Positions 37,540 to 50,914 of a stretch of DNA of 64,000 nucleotides are shown one piece after another. Below the pieces are notes generated by a model that was not told the origin of the DNA, made no database searches, and was given only the letters and a program-made list of their open reading frames with translations. Position numbers and translations under genes: made by a program. Source of the DNA: Mobula hypostoma (taxonomy: Eukaryota); the NCBI RefSeq assembly GCF_963921235.1, contig NC_086108.1:97714001-97778000 (forward strand), in the 5' to 3' direction. Positions within the stretch are counted from its first letter, which is position 1, and every line of letters starts with the position of its first letter.

Positions 37540-39110
37540 GAATTGGAAACTCAAAAATTGCCCGGGTTTGTTGGTTGACAGCCAAAAGCTCCAAGACTAT
37601 GATTACAGAGATATTCGATTGCTGTCTTCCAAAATTCCCTACATTCTAAAATGGTTCCCATAGTTTAGAAGAAAGGAAAGTAATAAACTAGAGTTGCAGG
37701 TCAGTCAGTTAATCAGTCATTGGGAAGATATTGCATTATTGAGGATATGATAGCACAAAAATCAGACTAGATAAATGGTTCAGTTAAATTTGCTAATGCT
37801 AAAAGTAACTTGGAGGAAACCACTTAGTACTGTACTGTATAGAACTTCACCACAAGTTGTTGCACAAATTAAGAGCTTGTAGTGCTGGGAGTAACATACT
37901 CAAAGTTTCATTCAAAAGTTTGAAAGTTCATTTAATATCAGAGAACGTATACAGTATACAACCTGAAATTTGTGCTCTTCACAGACATCCACATAACAAG
38001 AAACACCATAGAGTGAATGATAGAAACGTCGAAGCATCAAAGCCCCCATCCTTTCAGACCAAGCAGCAGCAAAAGCAATGTCCTCTCACACCCACATCAG
38101 TAGAAGCATCAGCCCCCACCCTCCCATCATGCAAGCAACAGCAGAAGCCCCCCAAGGAGACCTAGATCCAGAGTCCATCGACTCTACTGTCCTTAACCCT
38201 GACCATTGGTATCTCAGGCAGGCATTGCTGATGAATTTATTTATGTAAAGCGTAAAGCAGGCAGAGAAAAAACGATAGGCTTTAAATAGTGGGCAGGTGG
38301 TTAGTAATGAGGTACTATGTGAATCATTGCTATAACTATTTACAGTCTCCAACAATGCATGAATGCACAGACTGTAAAGTACTCCAAGTTGCTAATGACA
38401 CAAAGTTAAGTTAGAAAATCAGGTCTAAGAAGATCTGTAAAGAGTTGTAGACAGGGCAATTAAATGGATAAGAATTGGGCAAATGGACATTATCACCTTG
38501 GCAAGTGAAATAAAAGTTGAGAATATTTTATGAATGACTTTCCAAGAGACACAAACAGCTTTGTATAGAAATCATATAGCTATAGTTTGGAAAACACACA
38601 GTACGTTGACCATTAATGCAAGGGTTGGAATGGAGTGCAGGAATGAAGAAATCTTGCTGAAATTAGACTGGGTTTGGGGAGACCACACTTGCAACTTTGT
38701 GTGTAGTTTGGTCCCTCTACAGAGGGAAAGTTATACTTGCTTTAGAAGCTTTGTAACAAAGAATTCTTTGAATTAATTCCTAGGAAGTGCAGGTTGTCCT
38801 GTGAGGAGAATTGTCTGATACACTTTGATGTTTGGAAGGATTTGATAAAAGCTCTTTGAAACTTACAAGATTCTGAAAGAGTAGATGCTGAAAATGTTTC
38901 CAGAGGCTGGAGCGGCTTGAAGCTTGGATACATATTCAGTCATTTAGGACCAAGATTAGGGAGGTTTTACTCATCTACTGGGTTGTTAATGTTGGACTTT
39001 TTAGACCCAAAAAGATACTCAACTATTCAGATAATTCAGGGCTACAACCAATTACAATTTGGACACTAAGAATATCAAGCAATATGGGGATTGGGTGGAA
39101 AGTTCAAAGT
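37540..39110 (+). mobile_element. Highly decayed CR1 with nested Rex-type tail (~37905-38200)
   Basis: Scattered CR1-like stretches (gttgttgcacaaattaagagct; aagttgctaatgacacaaag; gagaccacacttgc). Confidence 0.55.
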
Positions 39111-39114
39111 ACAG

Positions 39115-39550
39115 AAGTTCAAAGTTCAAAATAATTTTATTATCTAAGAACGTATATGTCACCATACACAACCCTGAGTTTCATTTTCTTGCAGGCATTC
39201 ATAATTGAACAAAGAAAAACAATAAAATCAATGGAAAACTACGCACAGACATAGACTGACAAACAACCAACATGCATAAGAAGTCAAATAGTGAAAATAC
39301 AAAGAAAACAAACAAACAAATAAATAAATAATACTGAGAACATAAGTTGTAGAATCCTTGGAAATACTGAGAACATGAGTCTTGACAGTGAGTCCATAGG
39401 TTGTGGAATCAGATCAGAGTTGAGGTGAGTGAAGTTATCCATGTTGGTTCAGGAACCTGAATGGTTGCAGGGTAATAAATGTTCCCGAACCAGGTGATGC
39501 AGGACTAAGACTCTTGTACCGCTTTCCTGATGGCAGCAGCAACAAGAGAG
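39115..39550 (-). mobile_element. Rex1-like 3' fragment
   Basis: (GTTCAAA)n tail; similar to 28680-29080. Confidence 0.85.
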
Positions 39551-40494
39551 AAAGTGTGGATCTGCTGGGAACTTAATGAATGATGGGGCAAGTGTTTATT
39601 TCTTAGCTCAGATTTTTGAAAGGAATGCAGCTGCTCATGAAAAGTATTTTCCCATGGAACTAGAACTGCAGCATGCCAAGAAAATTGTGTGAAAATTGGG
39701 ACATCTCAGATTATCCAAGAGGCCATCCTTGTTCTGTCTGGAACACTCATAGTATCAAATTCATAGTAAGCTACATGTAACTTCCGTAACTGAGAATTTA
39801 TTTAGTCGACCTGACCTCAGGTGCTGCTGTAGAATTTGCGCATTCTCGTGTGTCAGCAGGGGTTTCCTCTGGCTACTCCAGTTTCCTTCCACATCCCAAA
39901 GATGTTGAGGTTCATGGGCTACGTGGCCACTGTACATTGGCCCAGGTGTATAGGAGAATGGTAGAATCTGGGAAGCAGTGGTGGAGCTTGATGGGAATAT
40001 AGGGAGAATTTTACAAAAAGGAGATAATGTAAGATTGGTGACAATGGTGCAGGAGAAGGAGTCTTTTTTTGAGGTTAATGTTCCTGTTCCATTTTGTGGG
40101 GTTTGGGGGATTGATGATCAGGATGACATTCTTCTTTGTGTGGGTGTGGAATTTTGATATTTCTCTCTGAACGACTTTCATGTTCTTTCTTTGTTTCATG
40201 GCTACCTTGAGAAAATGAATTTCAGAATTGTATATGGATACATGCTTTGATAATAAATGAACCTTTGAACCTTTGAGTTGTTGAGGGCTAGGTGTGGTGT
40301 CAATGTGCAGAAGGGCCAATCCTGCTGTGAATCTTTATGATTCTTCAAATAACTTACAGTAAATATATGCACTTAATTTTCAGTATTTCTAGTGTATTTT
40401 CTTTTATTTTAAAATATTAAATCAATTTTAAAGGGAGTTTAAGGTACTAATAAATTTTCAGAATCAAAATCAAGTTTATTGCTGATGACTTTAG

Positions 40495-40744
40495 TGTCAT
40501 GTTTTATAACTTCCAAACATTAAACTAATTCAAAGGAGGACGCAAAAGTCTGAAATGGGGCTCTAACTTCGTGTTTACTTTAAACGAGGTGTGTACATGT
40601 CACGTGGTAGTATGATGACATATGCAATTCCCGTATTTATACATGGTATAACATGTAATTAATCATTTAAATGAATGTGAATGCTTAGTCAAATATATAC
40701 AGTATATATACAAGATTACTGAAATGTTACTTAAAAACACAACA
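40495..40744 (-). mobile_element. Probable solo LTR (250 bp)
   Basis: TG...CA ends with imperfect inverted termini (tgtcatgtttt / aaaacacaaca). Flanked by tttag / attag. Interrupts a Rex-type tail. Confidence 0.65.
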
Positions 40745-41833
40745 ATTAGGTGTGAAATTTGTTGTTTTGAGGCAGCAGTACAGTGTAGGCTTAACATATT
40801 ACTATAAGTTACAATAAAACATAAATAATAAGTAGTGGACCGCACGACCCAATTTACATCGGTGGTGCACAAGTGGAACAGGTCAAAAGCTTTAAGTTCC
40901 TCGGGGTGAATATCACAAATGACCTGACTTGGTCCAACCAAGCAGAGTTCACTGCCAAGAAGGCCCACCAGCGCCTTTACCTCCTGAGAAAACTAAAGAA
41001 ATTTGGCCTGTCCCCTAAAACCCTCACTAATTTTTACAGATGCACCGTAGAAAGCATTCTTCTAGGGTGCATCACAACCTGGTATGGAAGTTGTCCTGTC
41101 CAAGACCAGAAGAAGATACAGAAGATTGTGAACACAGCCCAGAACATCACACAAACCAATCTTCCGTCCTTGGACTCACTTTACACCGCACGCTGTCGGA
41201 GCAGTGCTGCCAGGATAATCAAGGACACGACCCACCCAGCCAACACACTTTTCGTCCCTCTTCCCTCTGGGAGAAGGCTCAGGAGCTTGAAGACTCGTGC
41301 GGCCAGATTTGGGAACAGCTTCTTTCCAACTGTGATAAGACTGCTGAACGGATCCTGACCCGGATCTGGGCCGTACCCTCCAAATATCCGGACCTGCCTC
41401 TCGGTTTTTTTTGCACTACCTTACTTTCCATTTTTATATTTTCTATTTATGATTTATAATTTAAATTTTTAATATTTGCTATCGTTTTGTAATCCAGGGA
41501 GTGGGAAGTGCAGAATCAAATATCGCTATGATGATTATACGATCTAGTATCAATTTTTTGGTGACAATAAAGTATAAAATATAAAGTAAAGTACAAGTAC
41601 CTGTCACGTGGTAGCATGATGACATATGCAATTCATGTGTTTATACGTGATATAACATGTAATGAATTATTTAAATGAATGTGAATGCTTAGTCAAAAAT
41701 ATACAGTATTTGTACAAGATTACTGAAATGTTACTTAAAAACACAACAATTAGGTGTGAAATTTGTTGTTTTGAGGCAGCAGTACAGTGTAGGTTTAACA
41801 TATTACTATAAGTTACAATAAAACATAAATAAT
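40593..41833. repeat. 237-bp direct repeat pair (40593-40829 / 41597-41833) flanking the Rex1 insertion
   Basis: Ungapped manual alignment, offset 1004, 13 mismatches. Confidence 0.95.
40832..41596 (+). mobile_element. Young Rex1/Babar-like 3' fragment
   Basis: Intact ORF 40873-41358 (EQVKSFKFLGVNITNDLTWS...LPSGRRLRSL...NSFFPTVIRLLN). (TAAAG)n-like tail. Confidence 0.95.
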
Positions 41834-42409
41834 CCAAAAGAGGAATTGTGCGGTAGAGTTTAGGGGTTCGTAGTCTGATGGCAGAAGGGAAGAAGCTATT
41901 CCAAAAGCGTTCAGGTTCCTGTACCTTTAGAATATTTATGAATGTATTCAATCTTCACCCAACGTTAAAACTTTTCAGCTTTGGCAGCAAATTCTGTCTA
42001 AACCAACCGTCAAAGAATCTTTCATGGGCTAGAGAGTTCCTATATGTGGCTGGTCACCAAGGTGTGGTCACTAATCAGTCCAGAACCAGTTTGAGAGACC
42101 AAATTATCCCTAGAGGATTGACTCCAGGTAAGCCTGAAGCTAACTGGCCATGTTGGGCCAAGAGCAGGAAGTTCATTGTTCCCAGGAAACTCCAGGTCCT
42201 TGTAACCTTACCCTGACTAGCAGTCAGACAGTTTCATGAAAAGTTCACAGTAAAGTACATTTTATTTGGATCTTTAATATATAACAATACTTCTCAAGTT
42301 GCTTCAGATGAATTTTATCAATTAAACATTTGTAGTACATACAGTAAGAGAGATCTTAAGCCTGATGACCTAATGTGTGGTTAAAGAAGCATGATTTAAT
42401 AAGTGTCAA

Positions 42410-42745
42410 CGTCAAAGTCAATTTTTTATCAGCGTACGTACGGTATTTGTCACCATATTAAGATTCATTTTCCTGCAGACACTTACAGAAGAATAAAGAC
42501 ATACAATAGAATTCATGAAAAACAAGAGTAAAGACTGACACATAACCAATATGCAAAATAAGACAAGGTATGGAAATTAAAAACATAAAACTGTGTTGTA
42601 TATAGAGTGCTTGAAAGTGAGTTTGTAGGTTCAGTGTTAAGGTGAGGGAATCTATCTACGCTGGCTCAGGACCCTGATGGTTGTTGGGTTACAACTGTTC
42701 CTGAATCTGGTGGTGTGGGACCAGAGGCTCCTGCCCAGTGGCAGT
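42410..42745 (-). mobile_element. Rex1-like 3' fragment inside an old L2-like remnant
   Basis: Similar to 39115-39550. Confidence 0.7.
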
Positions 42746-43754
42746 CGCAAGATGGTTGCAAGGCCTGGTTGGTGGACAAAAAGTCAAGGATAAAAGTAAA
42801 TTAGAGAGAGAATTACAAAGGTTGCATGTCTTAGCTGCAGCATAGGGGGCATATGCTGCAGAATGAGAATGTAGAGATAGGGAAGGTGAACTCGATGGAG
42901 GATCCTCTAAGCAAAGCCAAGGATTTTTAAACTGAGGCACTGTCATGCTGGAAGTTCAAATGGGCAGTAAACACAAGGGTAACGGGAGAAGTATCACACT
43001 AAAATAGAAGTAAAAGGATCATTCGCCAAATGATCGTGTACACTAATTATATGTTTAAATCATTAGTCATTAGATTATGGAAATGGTGCATATGGTTCTT
43101 CTGGGCTTTCTCAACAATTTGTACTTTAATCATCTATCAGCCATTAGTTAATATCTTTGATAATAAGAGGAAATTCACACAAAACATATTTTAATTTACA
43201 ACAGCCCACAAAAAAACACAATTTCTCTGGAGATTTCTGCTAAACAGACACTCAAGTTGCATTTTAAACACCAAACACTATCAGATAGTTTCCCTTCACT
43301 GATCCTGTTATTATAATTGGTCTCTTCCTCCCTAGGTCTTAATATAATAGGATTCAATCTGTGCATAAGGGAGCATGTGGAACAACCTCCAGCTACATCT
43401 CTCAGACTGGAAAGTCCACATGGTAATGTATTGGAAATGGTTATGCTCCTTTATAAAATGCTCATCCCTTTGATCTTGGCTTTCCAGTGCACAATTATAC
43501 TTGCTGAGGCTGTCAGTGGTCCTCTCGTGACACAGTAAACAGTGAGGCGAAGGGAACAAAGGTTTACATTAGAGGGATTATCAACAAGGAAGAGTGGTGC
43601 CATGAAGGAATTGTGACATCTACAGCATGCATTCGCACTTCTCAGGGCTACATAGTGTCTTTCGTTATCAGTCACCCTGCTTTTCCCTCTTCCAGCCCTG
43701 ATGCAGCTTCAATGGGTACCTCATCCCGTGACTGTCACGTCAACATCACATTGA

Positions 43755-43985
43755 CATTCATCTATTTATCACATGTACATCTAAACATACAGAGAAATGC
43801 GTCACTTGCATTAACCAACACGAGCTAAGGGTGTGCTGGGGGCAGCCCACAAGTGTCAGCATGCATACTGGTGCCAACATAACATGCCCACCATGTTTGC
43901 TGAATGCACAAACAACAACACAGCAACAAAACAAGGAAAGCAAAACAAGCCCCTTACCTCTCCTACACACACACTCACCAGCCAT

Positions 43986-44020
<35 letters not shown>

Positions 44021-44620
44021 GTCCTCTAACCCCAGGACAGGCCGGTCTCCAGCCTCCAGCCTCCAGTGGACTCAGACACTCAGACTTCGGGCCTTCGACT
44101 TCCCCAGCGGTCTTGCAGACTCACAGACTCAGGCTTCAGCCATCGGGCGTAGACTTCCACACTTCCAATTGACCTTCAGTATCAACGCCAGGACTCACTG
44201 ATAGTGACCAGTGAAGACCCGGGACTCCAGGCTTGGAATTCAGGACCCTGAACAGTAGGCCTCAAACTCTGTTCTCGCTGACTCGCATACTTAGGGGGTC
44301 TCTGGCCCTTATGCCTCCTGCCCACATGGAATTCCAATACCGGGACCCACCGATTTCTTGCTGATATGGAGGGGTGGGTCCACCAGCACTCATCACTGCT
44401 GGTCTGTCAGCCTGACATCCAGCCATGGATGTCCTTCCTGACATGTCCACATTCGACTGCAGAGCCTAGGCTCCAGCCCGACCTCTAATTCCCTCATATC
44501 CCTGTCCCTAAACATCTTAACCTAACACCTAACTCCCCAGAACCATCCATACAAACCTCAAATCCAATTAAATCTGACCTACGGCCATGAAGAAGACAGT
44601 GCCATCTTGACCAGACAGGA
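43755..44620 (-). mobile_element. Non-autonomous retroposon/SINE with internal (AC)n
   Basis: gtgctgggggcagcccacaagtgtc...ccaacataacatgccca shared with 26212, 29550 and 57290 (opposite strand). Confidence 0.65.
43988..44016. repeat. (AC)n microsatellite, ~14 units
   Basis: Direct read. Confidence 0.98.
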
Positions 44621-44874
44621 GACAGAGGAATGGAGATGGAGGAGTGGCTAGTAGCTGCTCAGCAATAGATTTATTTACTATCCACGAGAACACCGCACCA
44701 GATACATTGGCCTTTCATTGCCAATATATCCTGTGTACCAGGCTCCCATCACTAATTCCAGCCTTCTCTCTACCTCTTTCATTCTGGGATCATTCTCCTG
44801 CCTTAATATCTCCCAGCATCCATTAACATATGATTCTGTCTGATAACACTCTTGGAGGGCAAAGTGCAATTCTT

Positions 44875-46130
44875 TTCATCACCATTAACAATAAGATGGC
44901 CTACAGAGAGGACGCGAAAGAGCTCGAGGCCTGCTGCCAGGCAAATAGCCTCTTCCTTAATGTCAACAAGACAAAGGAGATGGTATCCACTTCAGGAGAA
45001 CTCGCACCACTCACACGGCACTTTACGTCAGTGGTACAGCAGCAGAAACTGAGAGCAATGTCAAACTCCATGGCGTGCACGTCTCACTCAACCTTTCATG
45101 GTCCCAGAACACAATATATACTGTCAGGAAAGCTCACCAATGCCTCTACTTTCTGAAGATGAAGATGAAGCTGAAGATCGCTATGCACATATCCTGTATC
45201 GGGTCGCAAAGCACTCCAGCGTGTGGTGAAAACTGCCCAGCGGCTTATCGGCACACAATTGCCCACCATTGAGAGCATCTACCATAAATGCTGCCTGGGC
45301 AGGGCGAAAAGCATTATCAAGGATGCATCTCACCCTAACCATGGACTTTTTACTCTCCTCCCATCCGGTAGGCGCCACAGGAGCCTCCGCTCCCGCACCA
45401 GCAGGCAGAGAAAGAGCTTCCCTGAGGCTGTGACACTGCTGAACCTCTCATCACAGCACTAAGCAGTGTGGCATCCATATTCTACTGTCTCAGTACTTTT
45501 ATATTTGTGAGCTGTAGCACTTTTTTTATTCGCAGTTATTTTGTAAATACTACTACTCTTTGCATTTCTGGTCAGATGCTAACTGCATTTCATTGGCTTT
45601 GTATCTGTACTCGGCACAATGACAATAAAGTTGAATCTAATCTAATCTAAACATCTATACTCACGTCATTCTACAAATGTGCAGTCGAGAGTATTCTGAC
45701 AAGGTGAACGCTGCATGGTATGGAAACTGCACTGCAACAAGCACGAAGGCTCTATGATGGGTAGTCAAATCTGCTCAACATATCACTGACACCAGCCTAC
45801 CCACCAACAAAGACATATATTCAGAAAGGTGCTGGAAGAGGGCTAATAATATGATGAAGGATTTCACCCACCCTGCTCATGGACTGTTTGTTCCACTCTC
45901 ATTAGGTAGGATGCTACGTAGCATCCACACCAGGACAACCAGACTCAAAAACAATTACTTCCCCAAGCAGTAAGGCTGATGAACACGTCCACCCACTAAC
46001 CCACCCCTCCACACCCTCAACCACCACTACTTTATCATTTCCTGCCGGTCACCTTATGTACAGATAGTCCTGTGCCTAGCTTCACTTAATGGACAAATAT
46101 TCAATCTATATTATATAAACTATATTATGA
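44875..46130 (+). mobile_element. Rex1/Babar-like fragment with nested younger Rex (45185-45650)
   Basis: AYREDAKELEACCQANSLFLNVNKTKEMV; nested VKTAQRLIGTQLPTIESIY...LLPSGRRHRSLRSRT with (AATCT)n tail. Confidence 0.88.
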
Positions 46131-46137
46131 ACTTATA

Positions 46138-47078
46138 CGGTACTGTGCAAAAGTCTTAGGCACATGTAAAAAAATTTCTCTAAAGTGAAGATGCTTTCAA
46201 GATAATGAAATGAAAAGTTTCTAAACATCAAAAAATATTGTAAAGAGCAGTAAACAGTAAAAAACTAAATCAAATCACTATTTGGTGTGACCTTCCTTTG
46301 TCTTTAAAACTGCATCAATTCTCTTATGTACTCTGTCATGTAGTTTTATAAGAAAATGTCAACAAAATAGACAGAGTACAGAGAAGATTTACTAGAATGT
46401 TACCTGGGTTTCATCACCTAAGTTATGGAGAAAGGTTGAACAAGTTGGGTCTTTATTCTTTGGAATGTAGAAGGTTGAGGGAGGACTTAATTGAGGTATT
46501 TAAAATTATGAGGGGGATAGATAGAGTTGACGTGGATAGGCTTTTTCCATTGAGAGTGGGGGAGATTCAAACAAGAGGACATGGGTTGAGAGCTAAAGGG
46601 CAAAAGTTTAGGGGTAACATGAGGGGTAACTTCTTTACTCAGAGAGTAGTAGCTGTGTGGAACGAGCTTCCAGCAGAAGTGGTGGAGGCAGGTTCGATGC
46701 TGTCGTTTAAAGTTAAATTGGACAGCTATATGGACAGGAAAGGAATGGAGGGTTATGGGCTGAGTGCAGGTCGGTGGGACTAGGTGAGAGTAAGAGTTCA
46801 GCATGGACTAGAAGGGTCGAGATGGCCTGTTTCCGTGCTGTAATTGTTATATGGTTATATGGTTAAAATCAGCTGGTATCTCCAAGATGCCAGGTTGTTT
46901 CAGGCATCTTGGAGGACTTGCCACAGATCTTTCTGCAGACTCTAGCTGTCTCGCTTGCCTCTCCCTCTCCAGGTAATCCAAACAGCCTCAGTGATGTTGA
47001 GATCAGGGCTCTGTGGAGGTCATACCATCTGAAACCATATAAAAAATCGTGGGTGCCTAATACTTCTGAACAGTAATA
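46138..47078. mobile_element. Tc1/mariner-type non-autonomous element interrupted by CR1
   Basis: TIRs ta|cggtactgtgcaaaagtcttaggcac and gtgcctaatacttctgaacagta. Confidence 0.75.
46358..46864 (+). mobile_element. CR1 3' fragment (second family)
   Basis: Intact ORF 46397-46783 (LGLYSLECRRLREDLIEVFKI...FFTQRVVAVWNELP). (GTTATATG)n tail; TSD aaaat. Confidence 0.95.
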
Positions 47079-47744
47079 AAATTATTGTATTTTTTAATTA
47101 CTATTGTGTTCTTTATATCTTGTAGGATTTTTTTTGTGCTGCATCAGATCTGGAGCAACAATTATTTTGTTCTCCCTTACACTTGTGTACTGGAAATGAT
47201 ATTAAACGTTAAATAATCTTCTACAATTTTAAAGGAGCAGCTAAGTATTTTGGGGCAGCAGAAGATCTATCCTATAAACGGGTGGTGAAATTTGTCCTCT
47301 GATGTGGTACAGCCCTGATTTGCTATTATATTTTGACTGCTCTTTCTACACAAAACACTGTTGCAGGAAAACAGCATTCATCATCAGGGGGCCCCACCAC
47401 CCAGAATATGCTCTCTTCTTGTTGCTGCCGTCAGGAAGAAAATACAAGAGCCTCAAGACTCACACCACCAGGTCATAAACAGTTATTACCCCTCAACCAT
47501 CAGGCTCTTGAACAAAAAGGGATAACTTCACTCAACTTCACTTGTCCCGTCATTGAACTGTTCCCACAACTAATGAACTCACTTTCATCTCATGTTCCCA
47601 ATATTTATTGTTTATTTATTTATTATTATTATTTCTTTCTTTATGTATTTGCACAGTTTGTTGTCTTTTGCACCCTGTTCAAACACCCAAGTTGGTGCGG
47701 TCTTTCATTGATTCTGCTATGGTTATTATTCCATGGGTATATTC

Positions 47745-48087
47745 CTCCAAGAGGACCAACATCTTGTCGTAGGATTTGGGGGCTTACACACCTCAATGAC
47801 CTAGAGAGCGACATTGGCTGGAGTCAGGGTCTTGTGCTTTGGCTCTTGGTAAGGTCACCTATGCCAAACAGGTCAAAGGGTAGAGGCCAGACTAAGAGTG
47901 GTCCACTGGTCCTCCAGGTTCGGGGGTTCAGCTCAGGGCTAACAACCCTGACTGGTCATAAAAAATTGTTATGGAAACAATAATGAAGAATCCTTCTTTA
48001 CCTGTGTGCAACAGTATGGACAGACAGAGATGGAGGCACTTCATTGCTGGCCTAACTGCCAGCGGCCTAATGGGCAGTAGGTAAATA
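47745..48087 (+). mobile_element. Bipartite non-autonomous RTE-like element (5'UTR fused to 3' end)
   Basis: RTE-like 5'UTR motifs (catcttgtcgt...caatgacc; ggggttcagctcagggctaacaaccct) followed by an RTE C-terminal remnant DRQRWRHFIAGL. Confidence 0.6.
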
Positions 48088-48150
48088 ATTCTACGAATTT
48101 ATTGAACATGCTTGCAAGAAAATGAATCTCAGGGTTTTATATGGTAACAT

Positions 48151-48753
48151 GGTTCTAAGGTTGTCAAGCCGAGGAGTGACAATCTCCCAGTACCTAAAAG
48201 TGCTCCTCATGGCATGCACCTCAAATAGCCTCTGACAACCAAGTCCAGCTCCTAGCCTTCTCATGTGGCTTAGCCTCTAAGCCCGGCGGAACTGTTTCTA
48301 CTGACAGGAGAAGGGGTGAAGGTGGGTCCTGGTGCCTTAAAACCAGTGCTTTGGGTAGATGGAGCTCATCAGCCTGGGAAGGCAGTCCATCGAAGATAGA
48401 GAAAGCTCTGATTTCAAACCTCCGCTGCCTTGTGGCCATACCCACTCTCGGGAAAGGCTTTGGGCGTAAACCCTGAGGAGCTGGAGTCCCTAAGGCAGTC
48501 CGACATTGCCTTCAACCTCGTTCTGGCAACTCCTGCGACAACGCTGGTGCCAAGCTGTATCGGCCCTTGCCCTCCCCTTCCCTGTCGTGGAGAGGGGAGA
48601 CTGGCTGCTTGGGCAACTGCTGGTCTTCCATAGAACCTCGCCCAGGCCTGCGCCCTGGAAAGGACACTCCAGCATTGCCTCACCGCAGACTGAAACAAGA
48701 CTTTCCAGACGCAGATCCATGGTCTCGCGAGACTTGCAGATGCCATCACCGCC
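48151..48753 (+). mobile_element. Non-autonomous RTE-related element
   Basis: 12-bp TSD atatggtaacat / atatgataacat (48139-48150, 48754-48765). 3' half shared with the SINE at 32368-32690. Confidence 0.7.
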
Positions 48754-49649
48754 ATATGATAACATATATGTACTTTGATACTAAATTTACTTTTAACTTT
48801 GAATTTTGCTAAAGAACTGAATCCCAGAAATAATATCTCATACACTTGCACATTTTACATTAGCTTCTCCTCCACAACCAGTTTCTGATACATTAAATGT
48901 CATTTTCTTAATGCACAAAATGAACTGTGCTTTAAGAAAATACTTGCGCTTAATTGCTGTATTTTTTTGACTCTAGATATTAGTCCAAACAGCTTTACAG
49001 TCGATATTCATGTTATAACATTGGAGCATAATTACATTAAAGCATGGGAAGTCTTTATCAAATGTTAGAGGATAGAATGATTTCCAGAACTAACCATAAT
49101 ATGAGCTAAATAAATATTCTAACTGAGCAAACACATCTTGACGCATTTTATGCAAACTTTCACCTCTCAATAAGGAAATGTTCAGTCGTAATGAAGTTTG
49201 AGTTTAACCTTTCAGGTTTAAGTAGTTAGACTGTCTGGGAGAAGTTGATGGAAAATGCAAGAGATAAAGGTGACAGCATTTCACACCAGAAAATAGTGTT
49301 TTCTCGTGTATTGTCTTAATCAGCAGTTTCCCGTAGCACATCTCAGAAATAATCTCAGGACACTGTGGCATTTGCTTGTCACTACATGCGGGACTTAGTA
49401 CGGGCAGGATAGTGTGGAGATTTCAAACATCATTTCCACACACAGCGGGAGACAAAGTAGGCTCAACTGGACAGTGGCAGCAGAAGCCTGCTCTCTGCTG
49501 TACCTTTAACTGGAAAATCTCTCTGTATCCACATAATTCTTTCACCTCCACTGAAGTATAGTGAGTAGTGAGGCCCCTCTGAATGGCACAAAACTCAAAT
49601 CAGTTATAATATTTATCAATAGGATTCCTTCATACTGGATGTAATTATA

Positions 49650-50395
49650 CCCAAATGAGCAAAGAAGTGGCAGATGGAATATAGTGCAGGAAACTGTATG
49701 GTCATCTACTTTGGAAGAAGGAAGAAAGACATAGATCAGGTGCAAATGGACTTGGGAGTCCTCTTGCAGGATTCTGTAAAGGTTGAATTGGTAGTAAGGA
49801 AGGCAAACGCAATGTTAGTATTCATTTTGAGAGACTAGAATATAAAAGCAAGGATGTAATACTGAGGCTTTCTAAGGTATTGTTCAGACTGCACTTGGAG
49901 TATTGTGAGCAATTTTGGGCCTCTTAGCTAAAAAAAAGTGCTGGCATTGGAGAGTGTCCAGAGGTGGTTCACAAGAATGATTCTGGGGAAGAAAGGGTTA
50001 ACTTGGGAGGAATGCTTAATAGTTCTGGACCTGTATTCACTAGAGTATATGAGGGGGTGGATCTCATTGAAACTTATGGAATATTGAAAGACCTAGATGT
50101 GAAAGTGGGTAAGATGTTTCCTATAGTAGGATAGTCCAGGAGCACAGGGCACAGCCTCAGAATACCTTTAGACCAGAGTTGAGAAAGATCTTCTTTAGCC
50201 AGTGGTGAACCTATGCAATTAATTGAACAGATGGCTGTCTATTGCCAAGTCATTGAGTCCAGGTTGATAGGTTCTTGGATAGTAAAGGCATCAATGGAGT
50301 TGAGAGAGATGATAAATCAATCATGATGGAATGGTAGAGTAGACTTGCTGGGCTGTATGGCCTAATCCTACTCCTATATCTCCCAGTCTTATGGT
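49650..50395 (+). mobile_element. CR1 3' fragment, degenerate
   Basis: aagaagtggcagatggaatatagtg; aggcaaacgcaatgttag; 3'UTR. Confidence 0.85.
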
Positions 50396-50914
50396 CAAAC
50401 AAGGTGCTTAAGCTAGAAGTGGGCAGAAAGAGAGACACAGGATATGCCCTCTTCCACAATAATCATTAAGCCTTTTAAAGATGTGTGTGTATACATTTAC
50501 ACACACACAAAATAGGAAGAGGAGGAGAATTTGTCTGCCCATTCCATTATTTGATTAGACCATGGGTAACCTGCTGACTTCCTTCAGCATTTTGTGTGTG
50601 TTGTCAAGATTTCCAGTATCTGCAGAATCTCCTGTGTTTCTGGGTGATTATTTCTGTCAACAAAATCTATTGCACCAAAAATATATGTCTTCATTCCCTT
50701 AATATCTGAAAATCAACCAGGCTCTGTCTTGAATGTACTCACAGACAGAGCAACCACAGCCCTCTTGGGTGGAGAAGTCCAAAGACTCATATTCCATGAA
50801 TTCTCTTGTGTCTCCATTGAATTAACCCTTACCTCCTGCCTTCCCCTCTCCCTCTCCTTCTTACTCATCTTTGGTGAAGAAATTGCTCCTTACCTCTGTC
50901 CTGAATGGTAACTC

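Larger units (their letters stand above)
47350..48810 (+). mobile_element. Rex1-like 3' fragment carrying two nested RTE-related elements
   Basis: Rex 3' sequence 47350-47740 resumes at 48088-48150 and 48754-48810. Confidence 0.8.

Noticed and set aside
41979..42127. Possible exon (cttttcag|...ccag|gtaagc)
   Set aside because: Weak pyrimidine tract, unrecognisable peptide, adjacent to TE debris.
42835..42861. 10-bp perfect hairpin ctgcagcata...tatgctgcag
   Set aside because: Isolated, short and within an old LINE remnant; no support for function.
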